Shown here in pieces: positions 51,099 to 61,490 of a stretch of DNA of 64,000 nucleotides. The first letter of the stretch is position 1. Each line of letters starts with the position of its first letter. Under the pieces are notes generated by a model that was given only the letters and a program-made list of their open reading frames with translations, was not told the DNA's origin and did no database searches. Origin of the DNA: Paramoeba atlantica (taxonomy: Eukaryota; Protista; Discosea); the NCBI GenBank assembly GCA_977017575.1, contig CDRNVI010000032.1, positions 248,001-312,000 of the forward strand, written 5' to 3'. The translations under genes were made by a program, and so were the position numbers.

Positions 51099-53594
51099 TT
51101 ATTTCGAACGCAATTGTCTGTGTAGAGTTGCCAGGGAAGTACATGTATGTGCTCCATCCAGAGACGTTTGCTTTTTTTCCACGAATTGGCAAAGGTATTT
51201 AAAATAATTCACATACCTTGGAAAATGTCTCTTTATTGCCATTAAGTATGCTGAAAGCAGTGCTATTTTCTTTTTTGGTGAATGCGCTGCGGCAAGAAAT
51301 ATTTTACATGATACATCATGACTGGGAATTGACCCTTTGCTATCCCTATCTTGATGAATATGACTTGAAAACATATCTTTCGAGACAGACTTATTATTAA
51401 AAGGATAAATAAAAATAGAGGATTCCCATTGGACCTCCTTGTCTGAATGGCTCTGACTAATGTTTATTGAGTACCCGTATTCTAAAAGAACTAGAGTGCT
51501 TAAGACTCTGTAAAAGGCGCTTAAGACATCTTCACCTCCAAATCCATCTTTTTCTTGTTGTCTTTGAAGCCCCAGTACCACTTGCCGACAATAAGAATCC
51601 TGATTTTCTACAATCTCAGTTGGTATTAACTGTTCATAGCAATCTAAGAGTGTTCTCAAAGCTGGTACGTCGGACTTCAGAGTACATATGGCCACGGTTT
51701 TCATTTTCAAAGAAACGAGACGTACGCATAATCCGTCATGTGAAAACGATTCACGCAGTGGGCCCACGCGGAGTTTTGCCTCAGCACGATAACGAGAGAG
51801 TCTCGAACTGTGTTGAGAAAATGGAAGGATGCTCCCAACATTTTCCCGGAATAACATAAGCATTTGATTATTCTGATTGGCCCCGTTCAATGACTGGAAA
51901 GCCTGATGTGGATGTATGGCAGTATCTTTACTTGTAACACTTTTCTTGTTGGATAAGAAATCTTCGTCTTCATTGTAGTGAGCGTCATTGTATATTGCTA
52001 TGGCGTCACACCATTCGGGAAAATATTGTGCAAGAACTTCGCTAACGGAAGTGGAAGTATGCTCCCATTCAGTACCCTTTGCAATCTGTACGATATGATC
52101 TACTGTGTTGATTTCTAGCATATTCTCACCATATGCAATACGAAATAGACCTCGAAGAATTTCATCATCACTATCATCTACTTTTATAATGGGGACCAAT
52201 CTGTGAGATATTGAGTGTAACACACTCGACAATATGTTGTCATTCTGGATGTGATCGAAAAAAGTATCGAGATACACTCGCAACGGCGGCGTTTCGTTTT
52301 TTTTGGTTTTCGCTTTATCCGCGCAGCGTTGTTTGTCCCCAGGAAAAGAATATTCTAAAATAGATAGTGAAGGTTCTAATGTTGGTCTCCCTTGAGGACT
52401 CTGATGCCGTAGAACGGAAGGATCGCTTACTATTGCCCCTTTTTGAATCATTAGACGAGTTCCCCCAACATCAAATATTGGCGTAGTGAAAGTCAAGTAT
52501 TTTAGTGAGCCTTCTTCCAAAGTGGTTTGTAGGGCGTCTTGCATAGAAGAGCTCAAAGCCGAGAACTTCCACAAGTCACGGGGGAACAAAATATCTAAGC
52601 AGTAAAGAGCACATACTTCTTGGAGTGCATTTAGTTTTCTAACCTTTTCACATGCGGCCCGCCTTGAAAGAAGATACTTCTCTTCTTTACCGTTTTCCGA
52701 GAACACTATGTAAAGAGAACATGATAAAGGAGATCTTTTCGTTTCATGTCCAGGCACACTAACAATATGGAACGAAGTGCCGTACGTAAGAATCATGAGA
52801 ATCTTCAACTTACAGAAAAATGTTAGATCATGATACATAGCCCAACCTTCATGAATGTGCCTTATCCATGAACTGTATAGTTTACGGTCAAACCCTTTTT
52901 TCAAAGCATCGAGATACATGCGATATGTTCCAAGGGAATATTCATTGCCATTGAGGTTGAATGAAACTGTCCGATGAGAAAAAAATATATGCGGAGAAGT
53001 TCCCAATTGTACTTGAGTTGATGAGATAGTGCGAACGAGAGTCACCTCATGAAGTAACCTGCGAAGAGTCACTACTAGTGGTACGACCTTCGCAATCTTT
53101 AGTGGAGTGTCAAGGTCTCTGTGTAGCAAATTCTTGATTTTCATAGAAGGCTGAAAGCGCTTTACGAGAGGTAGCCACAAATTTCGCTCTTTTGCGGGAT
53201 TTTTTAGAAGAAATCTTTCACATTCTTGGGGAAAGCGTATTCTTAAGGCCAGTAGGCACAAGTCGAAAGTACTGGTAGAAACTGCTCGTAGCATCACTTC
53301 TCTTGGAATAGAACTACTTTCGTCTACAAGAAATACAGTGGATAAGCTATTATCCCCGTTTTCAAGTTGCTTCGTGTGTTCCACATACAATTTCATATGA
53401 ACGCCATAATATTGCATTATAAGACTTTGCAGTAATCTCCATGGTGAACAAAATGGGATGGTGCTTGATGCAGAGCTTCCAAACAAACGATTCGTGATTA
53501 GAAGAAACAAGGGAGCTTGAAGCTCGCCTGCGTGAACGTGAGAAGTTAGTTGGTTCAAAGACAAAACTCCACTAAATCTACTCCAAATACTCAT
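51099..53594 (-). CDS. Hypothetical protein, 831 aa
   Basis: Long ORF on the polycistron strand; recurring helix-ending L...FP motif; no confident domain. Confidence 0.7.
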   Translation of the reverse strand: MSIWSRFSGVLSLNQLTSHVHAGELQAPLFLLITNRLFGSSASSTIPFCSPWRLLQSLIMQYYGVHMKLYVEHTKQLENGDNSLSTVFLVDESSSIPREVMLRAVSTSTFDLCLLALRIRFPQECERFLLKNPAKERNLWLPLVKRFQPSMKIKNLLHRDLDTPLKIAKVVPLVVTLRRLLHEVTLVRTISSTQVQLGTSPHIFFSHRTVSFNLNGNEYSLGTYRMYLDALKKGFDRKLYSSWIRHIHEGWAMYHDLTFFCKLKILMILTYGTSFHIVSVPGHETKRSPLSCSLYIVFSENGKEEKYLLSRRAACEKVRKLNALQEVCALYCLDILFPRDLWKFSALSSSMQDALQTTLEEGSLKYLTFTTPIFDVGGTRLMIQKGAIVSDPSVLRHQSPQGRPTLEPSLSILEYSFPGDKQRCADKAKTKKNETPPLRVYLDTFFDHIQNDNILSSVLHSISHRLVPIIKVDDSDDEILRGLFRIAYGENMLEINTVDHIVQIAKGTEWEHTSTSVSEVLAQYFPEWCDAIAIYNDAHYNEDEDFLSNKKSVTSKDTAIHPHQAFQSLNGANQNNQMLMLFRENVGSILPFSQHSSRLSRYRAEAKLRVGPLRESFSHDGLCVRLVSLKMKTVAICTLKSDVPALRTLLDCYEQLIPTEIVENQDSYCRQVVLGLQRQQEKDGFGGEDVLSAFYRVLSTLVLLEYGYSINISQSHSDKEVQWESSIFIYPFNNKSVSKDMFSSHIHQDRDSKGSIPSHDVSCKIFLAAAHSPKKKIALLSAYLMAIKRHFPRYVNYFKYLCQFVEKKQTSLDGAHTCTSLATLHRQLRSK

Positions 53595-54220
53595 TGCCGA
53601 CCGAAATGCTGTTTAGCTACTTTTCAGAAGCCGAAAAGGATATCCTACAAAACAACAACTGACCCAAAAACATTGTGGAGAGAATGATATACGCATGGAA
53701 AAAACACAATATAAACACTTACAGCTCTTCTTGTCGTGAAGTCATTCGATATTATAATAGGCACGCAACAATTACTTGCTTTCACATTAACCCCTTTTTA
53801 TCATTCTACGACCTTAAAACTCAAAAATCGTCATATTCTGTAGGGTTACCAGACCCACACCTCACATAAAAAATAGGGACACTCCTGGACCTCTTAGATC
53901 TCACAGGCGATCAATATAATTGTCCTTGTGCTTCAAGGCGTCCAATAAAAACATAAATCATTTATGGATATTATTTAATAAAATATCTTGTATCTGCCAG
54001 TAGTGCAGTGAAAGCACAAAATGATATCGTTCCAACGTTTAACAAAGAAACGTTACGACCAACCAGCTGAGAAAGAGATGTTTCTGCCAAAGCGCTAAAA
54101 ATATCCACGACAACAGATCGAATATAAAAAGATAATAGCGTAATAAGCATACCAAGTACAGAGAATAACGCCGTGCAAAGTTGCTATTGGGGTACCAAAA
54201 ATAAATTTTGCTTTTCCACA

Positions 54221-55885
54221 TTACTCCTTTCTCAGCATACTCACCTTGGCATCTTCTTTTAAAGAGATAACGCGGTTGAGAACGGGATGTTTCTCTGTGG
54301 CATCTACATCAACAGTAAAATATCCCACTCTTTCAAATTGAACTGTATTAAATGTGGGTAAAGACACGATGCTTTTTTCGACTCTTCCATGTATGATACT
54401 TTCACTTTTCGGATTGATGTACTTTAAAAAATCGGCTTCGACGGCAGCACGATCATCCACGAGGAGTGGATCGTACAAGCGAAACTCAGCAGGGTTGGAA
54501 TGCAACTCACTGAGCCAGTGAATGTGCGTTTTCGGTCGCACAGTCTTTTCTGTGTCAAGAGTCACACGTACGTTGTCTACTTCACCAGTTTCTGCGTTTA
54601 CCTCATGACTCTGATAGTAAACGTTGGGCCCGTACTTGAGACCTACAGCTTTTTCTTGATTAGGTGCTAAGCCAAAAAAGTTACGCTCATCGACATTTTT
54701 AAAATCTTGCGAATCGATAAAAAACCGCTTCGTTAGCATCAGAGTACGTGTTCCTAAGTCGCGACATTTTGGATGATTTAAAGCAGTGACTGGCAGAGAA
54801 AAATCGTCTGAGACATTATCAATAATAACACAAACTGGTTTCAATATGCCGAAGCGACGCAGCGCTGAGCTGTCCAAATTCCGTCGCAGTACGTGTTCTA
54901 ATAGTTTAATATCAATTACATTCTGTGCACGAGTAACGCCGACTAGCTCGCAGAATTCATTTATAACTTCTGGTGTATACCCCCTTCTGCGCATACCACT
55001 AAGTGTCAGCAAGCGTGGGTCATCAAAGCCACGTACAATACCTGTGTCCACTAATACGTTAATCTTTCTTTTCGAAAGTAAACTACCAGTGACGTTTAAT
55101 CTTGAAAATTCCCAAACGGAGGGCCGGTAAAGATCTAGAGCCTCAAGAAGCCAATAATAGGACTCACGACGTATTTCGAATTCAAGCGTACATAACGAGT
55201 ATGAGATGTTTTCTAGAGAATCGATGATGCAATGAGTGAAATCGTACGAAGGATAAATGCACCATTTATCCCCCACGTGTGGGTGAGCACAAAATTTTAT
55301 TCGATAGGCAATACAGTCTCGCATGTTCGGATTATCATGCGCCATATCCATTTTAAGTCTTAAAGTAGCTTCGCCTTCCTGCAATAAACCTCGGCGCATA
55401 TTTTCAAACAACGCAAGATTCTCTTCTACGCCCCGGTTGCGGTACGGTGACTCAACACGAATTTCCCTTTGTTTCTTTATTTCTTCTTTCGTGCTGTGAT
55501 CTACATAAGCCTTTCCCATTTCAATCAAGCGGAGCGCAAATTCATAAAGCTGAGCAAAGTAATCAGACGAAAAAGTAACCCAGTCCGGTTCCCATCCCAT
55601 CCATCTTACCATTTCTTCGATAGCAGAAATATATTCTGGACTCTCGGACTCAGGATTAGTATCGTCGTAACGCAAGTAACATTTTCCATTGTGGAGCTTA
55701 GCTTCGCCAAAGTTAAGACGCATACTTTTTGCGTGCCCAATGTGCAGGTAGCCGTTCGGCTCAGGCGGAAAACGAAAATAAAGCCTTCCTCCTGTTTCTC
55801 GGTCACGTTTTTGAATTAGATCGGGGGGATTCACTGCAGCAGCTATTGGCCTTCCCGTGTCAAAATGATGCAGCAGAGAATTCAT
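54221..55885 (-). CDS. QARS: Glutaminyl-tRNA synthetase
   Basis: RFPPEPNGYLHIGH, RYDDTNP, YPSYDFTHC..DSLE.I..SLCTLEF, LSKRK, QFER.GYF; ATG 55885. Confidence 0.96.
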   Translation of the reverse strand: MNSLLHHFDTGRPIAAAVNPPDLIQKRDRETGGRLYFRFPPEPNGYLHIGHAKSMRLNFGEAKLHNGKCYLRYDDTNPESESPEYISAIEEMVRWMGWEPDWVTFSSDYFAQLYEFALRLIEMGKAYVDHSTKEEIKKQREIRVESPYRNRGVEENLALFENMRRGLLQEGEATLRLKMDMAHDNPNMRDCIAYRIKFCAHPHVGDKWCIYPSYDFTHCIIDSLENISYSLCTLEFEIRRESYYWLLEALDLYRPSVWEFSRLNVTGSLLSKRKINVLVDTGIVRGFDDPRLLTLSGMRRRGYTPEVINEFCELVGVTRAQNVIDIKLLEHVLRRNLDSSALRRFGILKPVCVIIDNVSDDFSLPVTALNHPKCRDLGTRTLMLTKRFFIDSQDFKNVDERNFFGLAPNQEKAVGLKYGPNVYYQSHEVNAETGEVDNVRVTLDTEKTVRPKTHIHWLSELHSNPAEFRLYDPLLVDDRAAVEADFLKYINPKSESIIHGRVEKSIVSLPTFNTVQFERVGYFTVDVDATEKHPVLNRVISLKEDAKVSMLRKE

Positions 55886-56068
55886 TACTTGGACTCTCAC
55901 TAAGCTAGTAGCGGCAATCAGTGAATCAAGAAATGTAAAAATGAATGTTTCTGAATTTATTGTAAAAATGGATATATTTTGAAAAACATGTTTAAAGATG
56001 GAAGTTTCGAATTTATTGTAGCTCGCACACGTATCGTTATAGTGATACGATAAGAATGCATCGTTATA

Positions 56069-56102
56069 CAGGGGGTGACATGAAAATATGGGGGGTCAAA
56101 AT
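56069..56102. mobile_element. Solo truncated terminus of the Tc1-like family
   Basis: TA-CAGGGGGTGACATGAAAATATGGGGGGTCAAAAT matches the first ~35 bp of the TIRs at 7509 and 14205; no partner TIR found. Confidence 0.8.
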
Positions 56103-56253
56103 CCGTAAAACGATCAGGTGACACATTGCGGTGGTTGTATAACTACCGCTCTACCCTCGATTATTGAAGAAAAAGTGAACAAAAACAGTGAAAATAAAGA
56201 GGAACATAGTAATACAGTATACCGTAGAAGCGGAAATCAAAGAAAATTAAAAA

Positions 56254-56793
56254 TAAGAAAACTTTAATTGAGGAAGTTAAGGAGTCTTCTTCTTCTTCCA
56301 TTAAGGAAATAATTTCGTGCCACTGGCTTTTTCTTTCGAATTTTCTTTAAACGAGGGTCCTGTTTAGGATACCCCCCGGAATGGTACGAGGTCACAGGTA
56401 TAGTAAGTTATTTGGCTAAATTTGTAAAAACGTGATTACCGGCAAAAGTTACCGGTGGATGCTAATAATATCACCAGTAAAAGTCATAGAAGTGAAAAAA
56501 CGCGATAAATAGTAAGGAAAACAAACGAATACTGCTCTGTAGGGGTTATGATCTACGTGGGCCACCTCGAACAAGAAGTCGACATCACATGTTGTCTGCC
56601 TGAAAAACCAGGGGGCGGGTATACAATCAACCCTGGGTCACGATACCATACCCCCCCGGTATGGTACCAGGTCACAGGTATGCTAAACCGGTCCCCCGTT
56701 TAATTGATTTCCGTCGTTTCTTTAAACACTTAATTTACTAAAATTGAGGAAGACGAGAATTAAGAAAACTTTAATTAAGGAAATAATTTCGTG
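56254..56793. repeat. Duplicated intergenic modules
   Basis: ATACCCCCC(C)GG(A/T)ATGGTAC(G/C)AGGTCACAGGTAT at 56369 and 56648; TAAGAAAACTTTAATT...AGGAAATAATTTCGTG at 56254-56319 and 56761-56793. Confidence 0.75.
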
Positions 56794-57035
56794 TCACAAA
56801 GAAATTTTCCTTAATTCCCATTTCTACATAACAAATAGAAGAAAATATATAGAAGAAAATAATATAATAGAAGAAAATATATAATGTAATATAAGAAAAT
56901 ATATAAAGGGGGCTCCGGTGGTCCAAAATCGAAAAAAATGAATGACCAGAAGACTCTTTTAAGTTTTAAGTCCTTTAAGTTCTTTTTAGCTTTCAAGAGT
57001 TTGAGCGGGACTTGCAAAAGAATAGAAATATAAAT

Positions 57036-59663
57036 CTAATTTGAAAGAATATTTCGCAACTCGGAAGCATATTGAAATGATCTTGAAGCGTACTCGGCGG
57101 AATGCAGTACTTGCTGTGGAAGGCCAGCTAACTGCGCAACGCTAAGCCCGAAGGAGCTTTCGGCTCGTCCTGGTCTGATTTGATACTGCATTACTATATC
57201 TTTTTTCATTCCCACAGGAACATTTTTTAGCACTCGCTTTTCTTGACACACTTTAGCCTCCGCGTATCCCATACAGGAAAGGCTGCAAGGAGGACAAAGT
57301 TCTTGTAGATAGGTAAAATGAGTTACAAATATCGTCACGCACCCCTTTTTAAGAAAAAAGGAAAGACAGGCATATGCCACGGCGGTCCCATCAAACGTGC
57401 TTGTACCGCGACCAATTTCGTCCAAAAGCACAAGAGATTGACTTGTACTTGAGCGCATGATGGCGCTTGTTTCTGTCATTTCGTACATAAAAGTAGATCT
57501 TCCGCGTATTTTACTTACGTCATCCTTCGAACCCATTCGAGTATAGATACCATCGAACGGACTAAAAGTCATACACTCTGCCGGAACAAAGCTTCCTATT
57601 TGAGCAAGCAGAGAAAGTACGCCAACCATCTTTAAATATACCGATTTGCCACCTGTGTTCGGTCCCGTGAGCATCATGCAGCATCCGCCCTTTGATAAAG
57701 ATACAGAATTACTCACGTAAGCTTCGCCTCGAAGTTGTTCTACAACTGGATGACGACCATTCTTCACCTCTATTCCTGTAGTCTGTGAGATTTGAGGGCG
57801 TACATACTTCCCTCCTCTTGAGGAAACGCAAACTAAACTGAATATTGAGTCTAATATTCCCAGAGCTCTGATAGTTTTCTGTAGGGTGCTGTAATAGGAC
57901 TGGGAAATTAACTCCAATTTTTCTACCCACTTCGTGCGGTAGAATACTTCCGCCTTTTCTTTTGCCCACGCTATCTTGTTCATGTACGATTTTATCGTCT
58001 TTGTATGGTATCGAGTTAATGATTTCGTTCTAGATTCTAAAATCCAATCAACCGGTATTTGTGATTCCATTTCATGAGGAACTTCAATAAGCCACGTCAC
58101 GTCGGCCACCGTTCTATAAGAAAAACGCGATCGCGGTTGACCAAGAACTGCGCAAATGTCTGTCGCATGATCGTTAAGAAGATACCGTTCAAGATCCTGT
58201 ACTTTTTTTGCTTCTTCGTTCGGCACATCTTGAAAAAGAACCGAGGGTTTGCCTTCTTTCCAATCTTGAACTGAGTGCTCATTTAAGATGACTTCTGCAA
58301 CAACCAGTCCGGCAGATACATCTTCAAGCTCAAAGCAAAGACGGTTCGAAACAGATTCAAGTAGTTGAGGTAATTTCTGAAATTGCATCATGCTTCTCAA
58401 GAAAGAAAATAGGTGAGTAATAGAACATCTTGCGCTAGCAATACGTTGAAGCTGAGCCTCCAAATCTTGTACACGAAGAGGATCCAGAAAACATTGAGTA
58501 GCAGCCTCGCAAATTTCCTTATTTGTAAGAAAAAATTCTACCGTGCCATAACGTTGATTTAAAGTAGTAGGGTCCCGAGTTGGATTCAAAATCCACTTGC
58601 GTAATTGTCTTGTACCAAAAGCAGTCGCCGTATGATGCAGGTAGTTCCACAAACTAAGTTTGGTGTCACATTCAGTACTCTGAAAAATTTCAAGTTGTCG
58701 AACTGTGTCAATAGAAAGGTTGACGAAAGATCCAGTTGGAATTGCTTTCCTAATATTTTTGACCAACGCAGTCTGTTTAGTTAACGGTTCTAAATACTCA
58801 TTTAGCTTGTTCAAGTACACACCTATGCTTGGCGCATTCATTATATCTAGCGGGCATCCCATTGTACCATCTGAAGCTAATAATCGGTCGTCAATGGTTA
58901 TGTCTTGAAACCAGCCCAAATAAACGTGACCACTTGCATCATCGCAATTTATCCCACGATTAATGCTTAAAAATGTTTGATACCAATTCAGTCTCGCATT
59001 GGACGTATCATGAGACAATAGCAAATCTGATGCCTCCAATTTACATAAAAGACTCTCAAGTTCAATATCATCGCTAAAATGACACCATTCCATGAGAGGT
59101 TCACGATTTTCCCATAATGATGTCCAAACAATGATCCTACTAAACTCGGACACAATAACTATGCGATGGAGCGTTTCGGAATGAGCTTTGGTTTCTGTAA
59201 AAAACTCTGGACATAGTATCCAAGTCCCCATCGTGTATACTTCACATAATGAACGTTCAAAAAGTCCTTTCCCTCCCTCTTCAGCTCGTCCATGTGCCGT
59301 TTCTGTTTGACGCACAATACCCACCTTGAAGCCTAAATAAACGAGTTTGGCAACGTGATGGTAAGTTCGCAACACCGGTACACTAGCTGTGTGAAAAATA
59401 GCACCTTCTTTTAAAATGCACATAATGCGCAAATGCTTTGAGGCTATTTCAGCATCTCGTCCGTAGAGTATCATCTTGTATCCACACTCCACGAGGAGGA
59501 TAGTATCTTTATTTTGCTGTTTCAAAGTAATATATTGACGTTCGAGTGGTGTAGGCGTACATGTACGAGGTTCAATAGTATGTATACGTGCGCTGATTTC
59601 TCGCATTATGTCTTCGCTGACCAAAGTATTTGCGGTGCAATGTGGACGTTTGCGTACGGGCAT
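57036..59663 (-). CDS. MSH3: DNA mismatch repair protein MSH3
   Basis: TPLERQY..LK...LLVECGYK...G.DA, L...GFKVGIV.QTET, GRHPVVE, TGPNTGGKS, STFMYEM, DEIGRGTST.DG, SFG..VAQLAG.P; ATG 59663. Confidence 0.9.
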   Translation of the reverse strand: MPVRKRPHCTANTLVSEDIMREISARIHTIEPRTCTPTPLERQYITLKQQNKDTILLVECGYKMILYGRDAEIASKHLRIMCILKEGAIFHTASVPVLRTYHHVAKLVYLGFKVGIVRQTETAHGRAEEGGKGLFERSLCEVYTMGTWILCPEFFTETKAHSETLHRIVIVSEFSRIIVWTSLWENREPLMEWCHFSDDIELESLLCKLEASDLLLSHDTSNARLNWYQTFLSINRGINCDDASGHVYLGWFQDITIDDRLLASDGTMGCPLDIMNAPSIGVYLNKLNEYLEPLTKQTALVKNIRKAIPTGSFVNLSIDTVRQLEIFQSTECDTKLSLWNYLHHTATAFGTRQLRKWILNPTRDPTTLNQRYGTVEFFLTNKEICEAATQCFLDPLRVQDLEAQLQRIASARCSITHLFSFLRSMMQFQKLPQLLESVSNRLCFELEDVSAGLVVAEVILNEHSVQDWKEGKPSVLFQDVPNEEAKKVQDLERYLLNDHATDICAVLGQPRSRFSYRTVADVTWLIEVPHEMESQIPVDWILESRTKSLTRYHTKTIKSYMNKIAWAKEKAEVFYRTKWVEKLELISQSYYSTLQKTIRALGILDSIFSLVCVSSRGGKYVRPQISQTTGIEVKNGRHPVVEQLRGEAYVSNSVSLSKGGCCMMLTGPNTGGKSVYLKMVGVLSLLAQIGSFVPAECMTFSPFDGIYTRMGSKDDVSKIRGRSTFMYEMTETSAIMRSSTSQSLVLLDEIGRGTSTFDGTAVAYACLSFFLKKGCVTIFVTHFTYLQELCPPCSLSCMGYAEAKVCQEKRVLKNVPVGMKKDIVMQYQIRPGRAESSFGLSVAQLAGLPQQVLHSAEYASRSFQYASELRNILSN

Positions 59664-59837
59664 GTACACCGTTGGAATAGTTTGAGAAAACAAGGATTTT
59701 TTTTGAAAGCAGAATCATAGGCAATTTTGTGTACATACGTTTTGTACGTACATGTTGTAGCATGGTCAAATAGGCGACAGATAATTAGGGGGATCAATGG
59801 GTGACAGACGCTAGGATATAACGGCGCAAAAAATATA

Positions 59838-60860
59838 CTACCATCCCCCCTATTTAATAGGGCTACGCGTCCCCCCTTTAATAAGCCTATTTTGTCTAAA
59901 AAGTCAGTTTTTTTTAGGGTGGAGGAATTCTTTTTTGTGAAATCCGCCGCGAAGCGGCGGCTTTTTTTTCCGGTGCAAATACGTATTAAAAAGCAGCAAT
60001 ACCTTGTTTAGGAACTATAGAAAACTTCTGAAAATTATTGCCCCATGAATTCTCGGGAGGATTTGGTGCCACGTGAACCGTTAAGCAATTGGATTGTTTC
60101 GCGAACTCCAGTGGCTCGTGTATCACGTGTAATCGGACCTTTTGCTTCCGGACAAGAACCTGGCATCTCTCTCTCCGAAAATTCTCTTTCAGCACGTCCC
60201 TCTCCCCCTCCCTTTGTTCCCCCATCAACACACCGCAGAAAGCACTTGTCAGTGCAAGACAAGTTGTCCGTGTGTCGTTCTTCGTCTTCCGTATCAAAAG
60301 TTGCGAAGTCGTATAGTGTTGCCGAGAAGACCGTACGGAAAATAAAGCGAGTCGGAGAAAAAGAATATCAATCAAGAATGAATTGTGGAGGTAGCAACCG
60401 GAAGCGTGAGCGAGCTTTCAATAGCTCGCGACAAGATTCTATGACAAAGGTTCATGAAACCCTTCTCGGTCTGTTGAATTGTCATAGTCCTACCACTCGG
60501 GATAGGGTGCTCCAGTTAATGAGTGAACATGGAGTATTTTGGGAAGGACTGAGTGAAAAGGCAAAAGAAAGAGCGTATAAGCACTTTCGTTACGTGTTTG
60601 GATGAACTTGGCGAAAGTTTGGAAAAACTCAAGCGATCACACCGTCAGATATTGATCAACGTAGAAGATGATGGTCGCATCATCAGTACTCGCAGCACGA
60701 TGTTCGACAGTGCAGTTATGTTTTTTTCGGAGATGAAACAAGCGTTATCGTCGACGGCGAATTGAAGGGGAAAACTTTAGCTCCAGTGGGCGCGACTTCA
60801 GTCAAAGTCTTTCGTCAGAACGAAAAGCAAACAGTGACTATTTTTCTTGCTGCTGTAAAA
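59838..60860 (+). mobile_element. 3'-truncated pogo/Tc5-type element with transposase pseudogene
   Basis: Putative left end TA-CTACCATCCCCCCTATTTAATAGG. One frame from 60045: CENP-B-type HTH (RRKHLSVQDKL...KVAKSYSVAEKTVRKIKR), TGA at 60603 and 60669, then FFGDETSV...KTLAPVGATSVKV..QNEKQTVTIFLAA. Confidence 0.75.
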
Positions 60861-61233
60861 AAAAGTCTTTTTCAGTGGATGAAAGTTACTTTAAAGTACC
60901 TTTTATACTTTTTTTTACTATAAAACTTTTTTTTCCATTTATCCAAAAGATAGTAAAAATGCTACTGAACAGTGCAACTGATTCGCAAAATGCAGTAAAA
61001 ACTAAAAAAATACTTCACACTGCTCTCATGTGACTTCCGTAACTCCGCAAGCCAGTCCCAAGCCTGGCACCGGTTCTTGCAACCGGAGGAGGAGGGAGGA
61101 AGTCAACCAAGTCATAGAACCAGATTCTTGGTATCTGGGCAAGCTGGAACACTCAGACTGACGCTAGAGTTCTACGTTGAAAAGCGGACTTGACCTTGAT
61201 GCGCAATACATGTCAGGCTGTAGTCCAGCTGTA

Positions 61234-61490
61234 GTCCCTGTGTCAAGGAATGGGGTTTGTCCCTGTGTCAAGGAATAGGGTTCGTCCCTGTGTCAAGGAA
61301 TGGGGTTTGTCCCTGTGTCAAGGAATGGGGTTTGTCCCTGTGTTACGGAATAGGGTTTGTCCCTATGTCAAAGAATGGGGTTCGTCTCGGTGTCAATGAA
61401 TAAAGCCTGTCCCTGTGTTACGGAATGGGGTTGGTCCCTGTGCGAAGGAAAGGGGTTAGTCCTTGTGGCAGGTAGTTGGGTTTGTCCGTG
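61234..61490. repeat. 25-bp minisatellite, about 10 copies, degenerating rightwards
   Basis: Consensus GTCCCTGTGTCAAGGAATGGGGTTT starting at 61234, 61259, 61284, 61309, 61334 and onward. Confidence 0.95.

Noticed and set aside
54221-55885. GlnRS lacking the eukaryotic N-terminal extension as a bacterial transfer
   Set aside because: Short GlnRS is, to my knowledge, usual in kinetoplastids; nothing here indicates a recent transfer.
59944-59970. CCGCCGC-GAA-GCGGCGG hairpin plus T-run resembling a rho-independent terminator
   Set aside because: Eukaryotic nuclear context and inside a transposon end; treated as part of the element.
61234-61490. CRISPR array
   Set aside because: Units are contiguous with no unique spacers and there are no cas genes.
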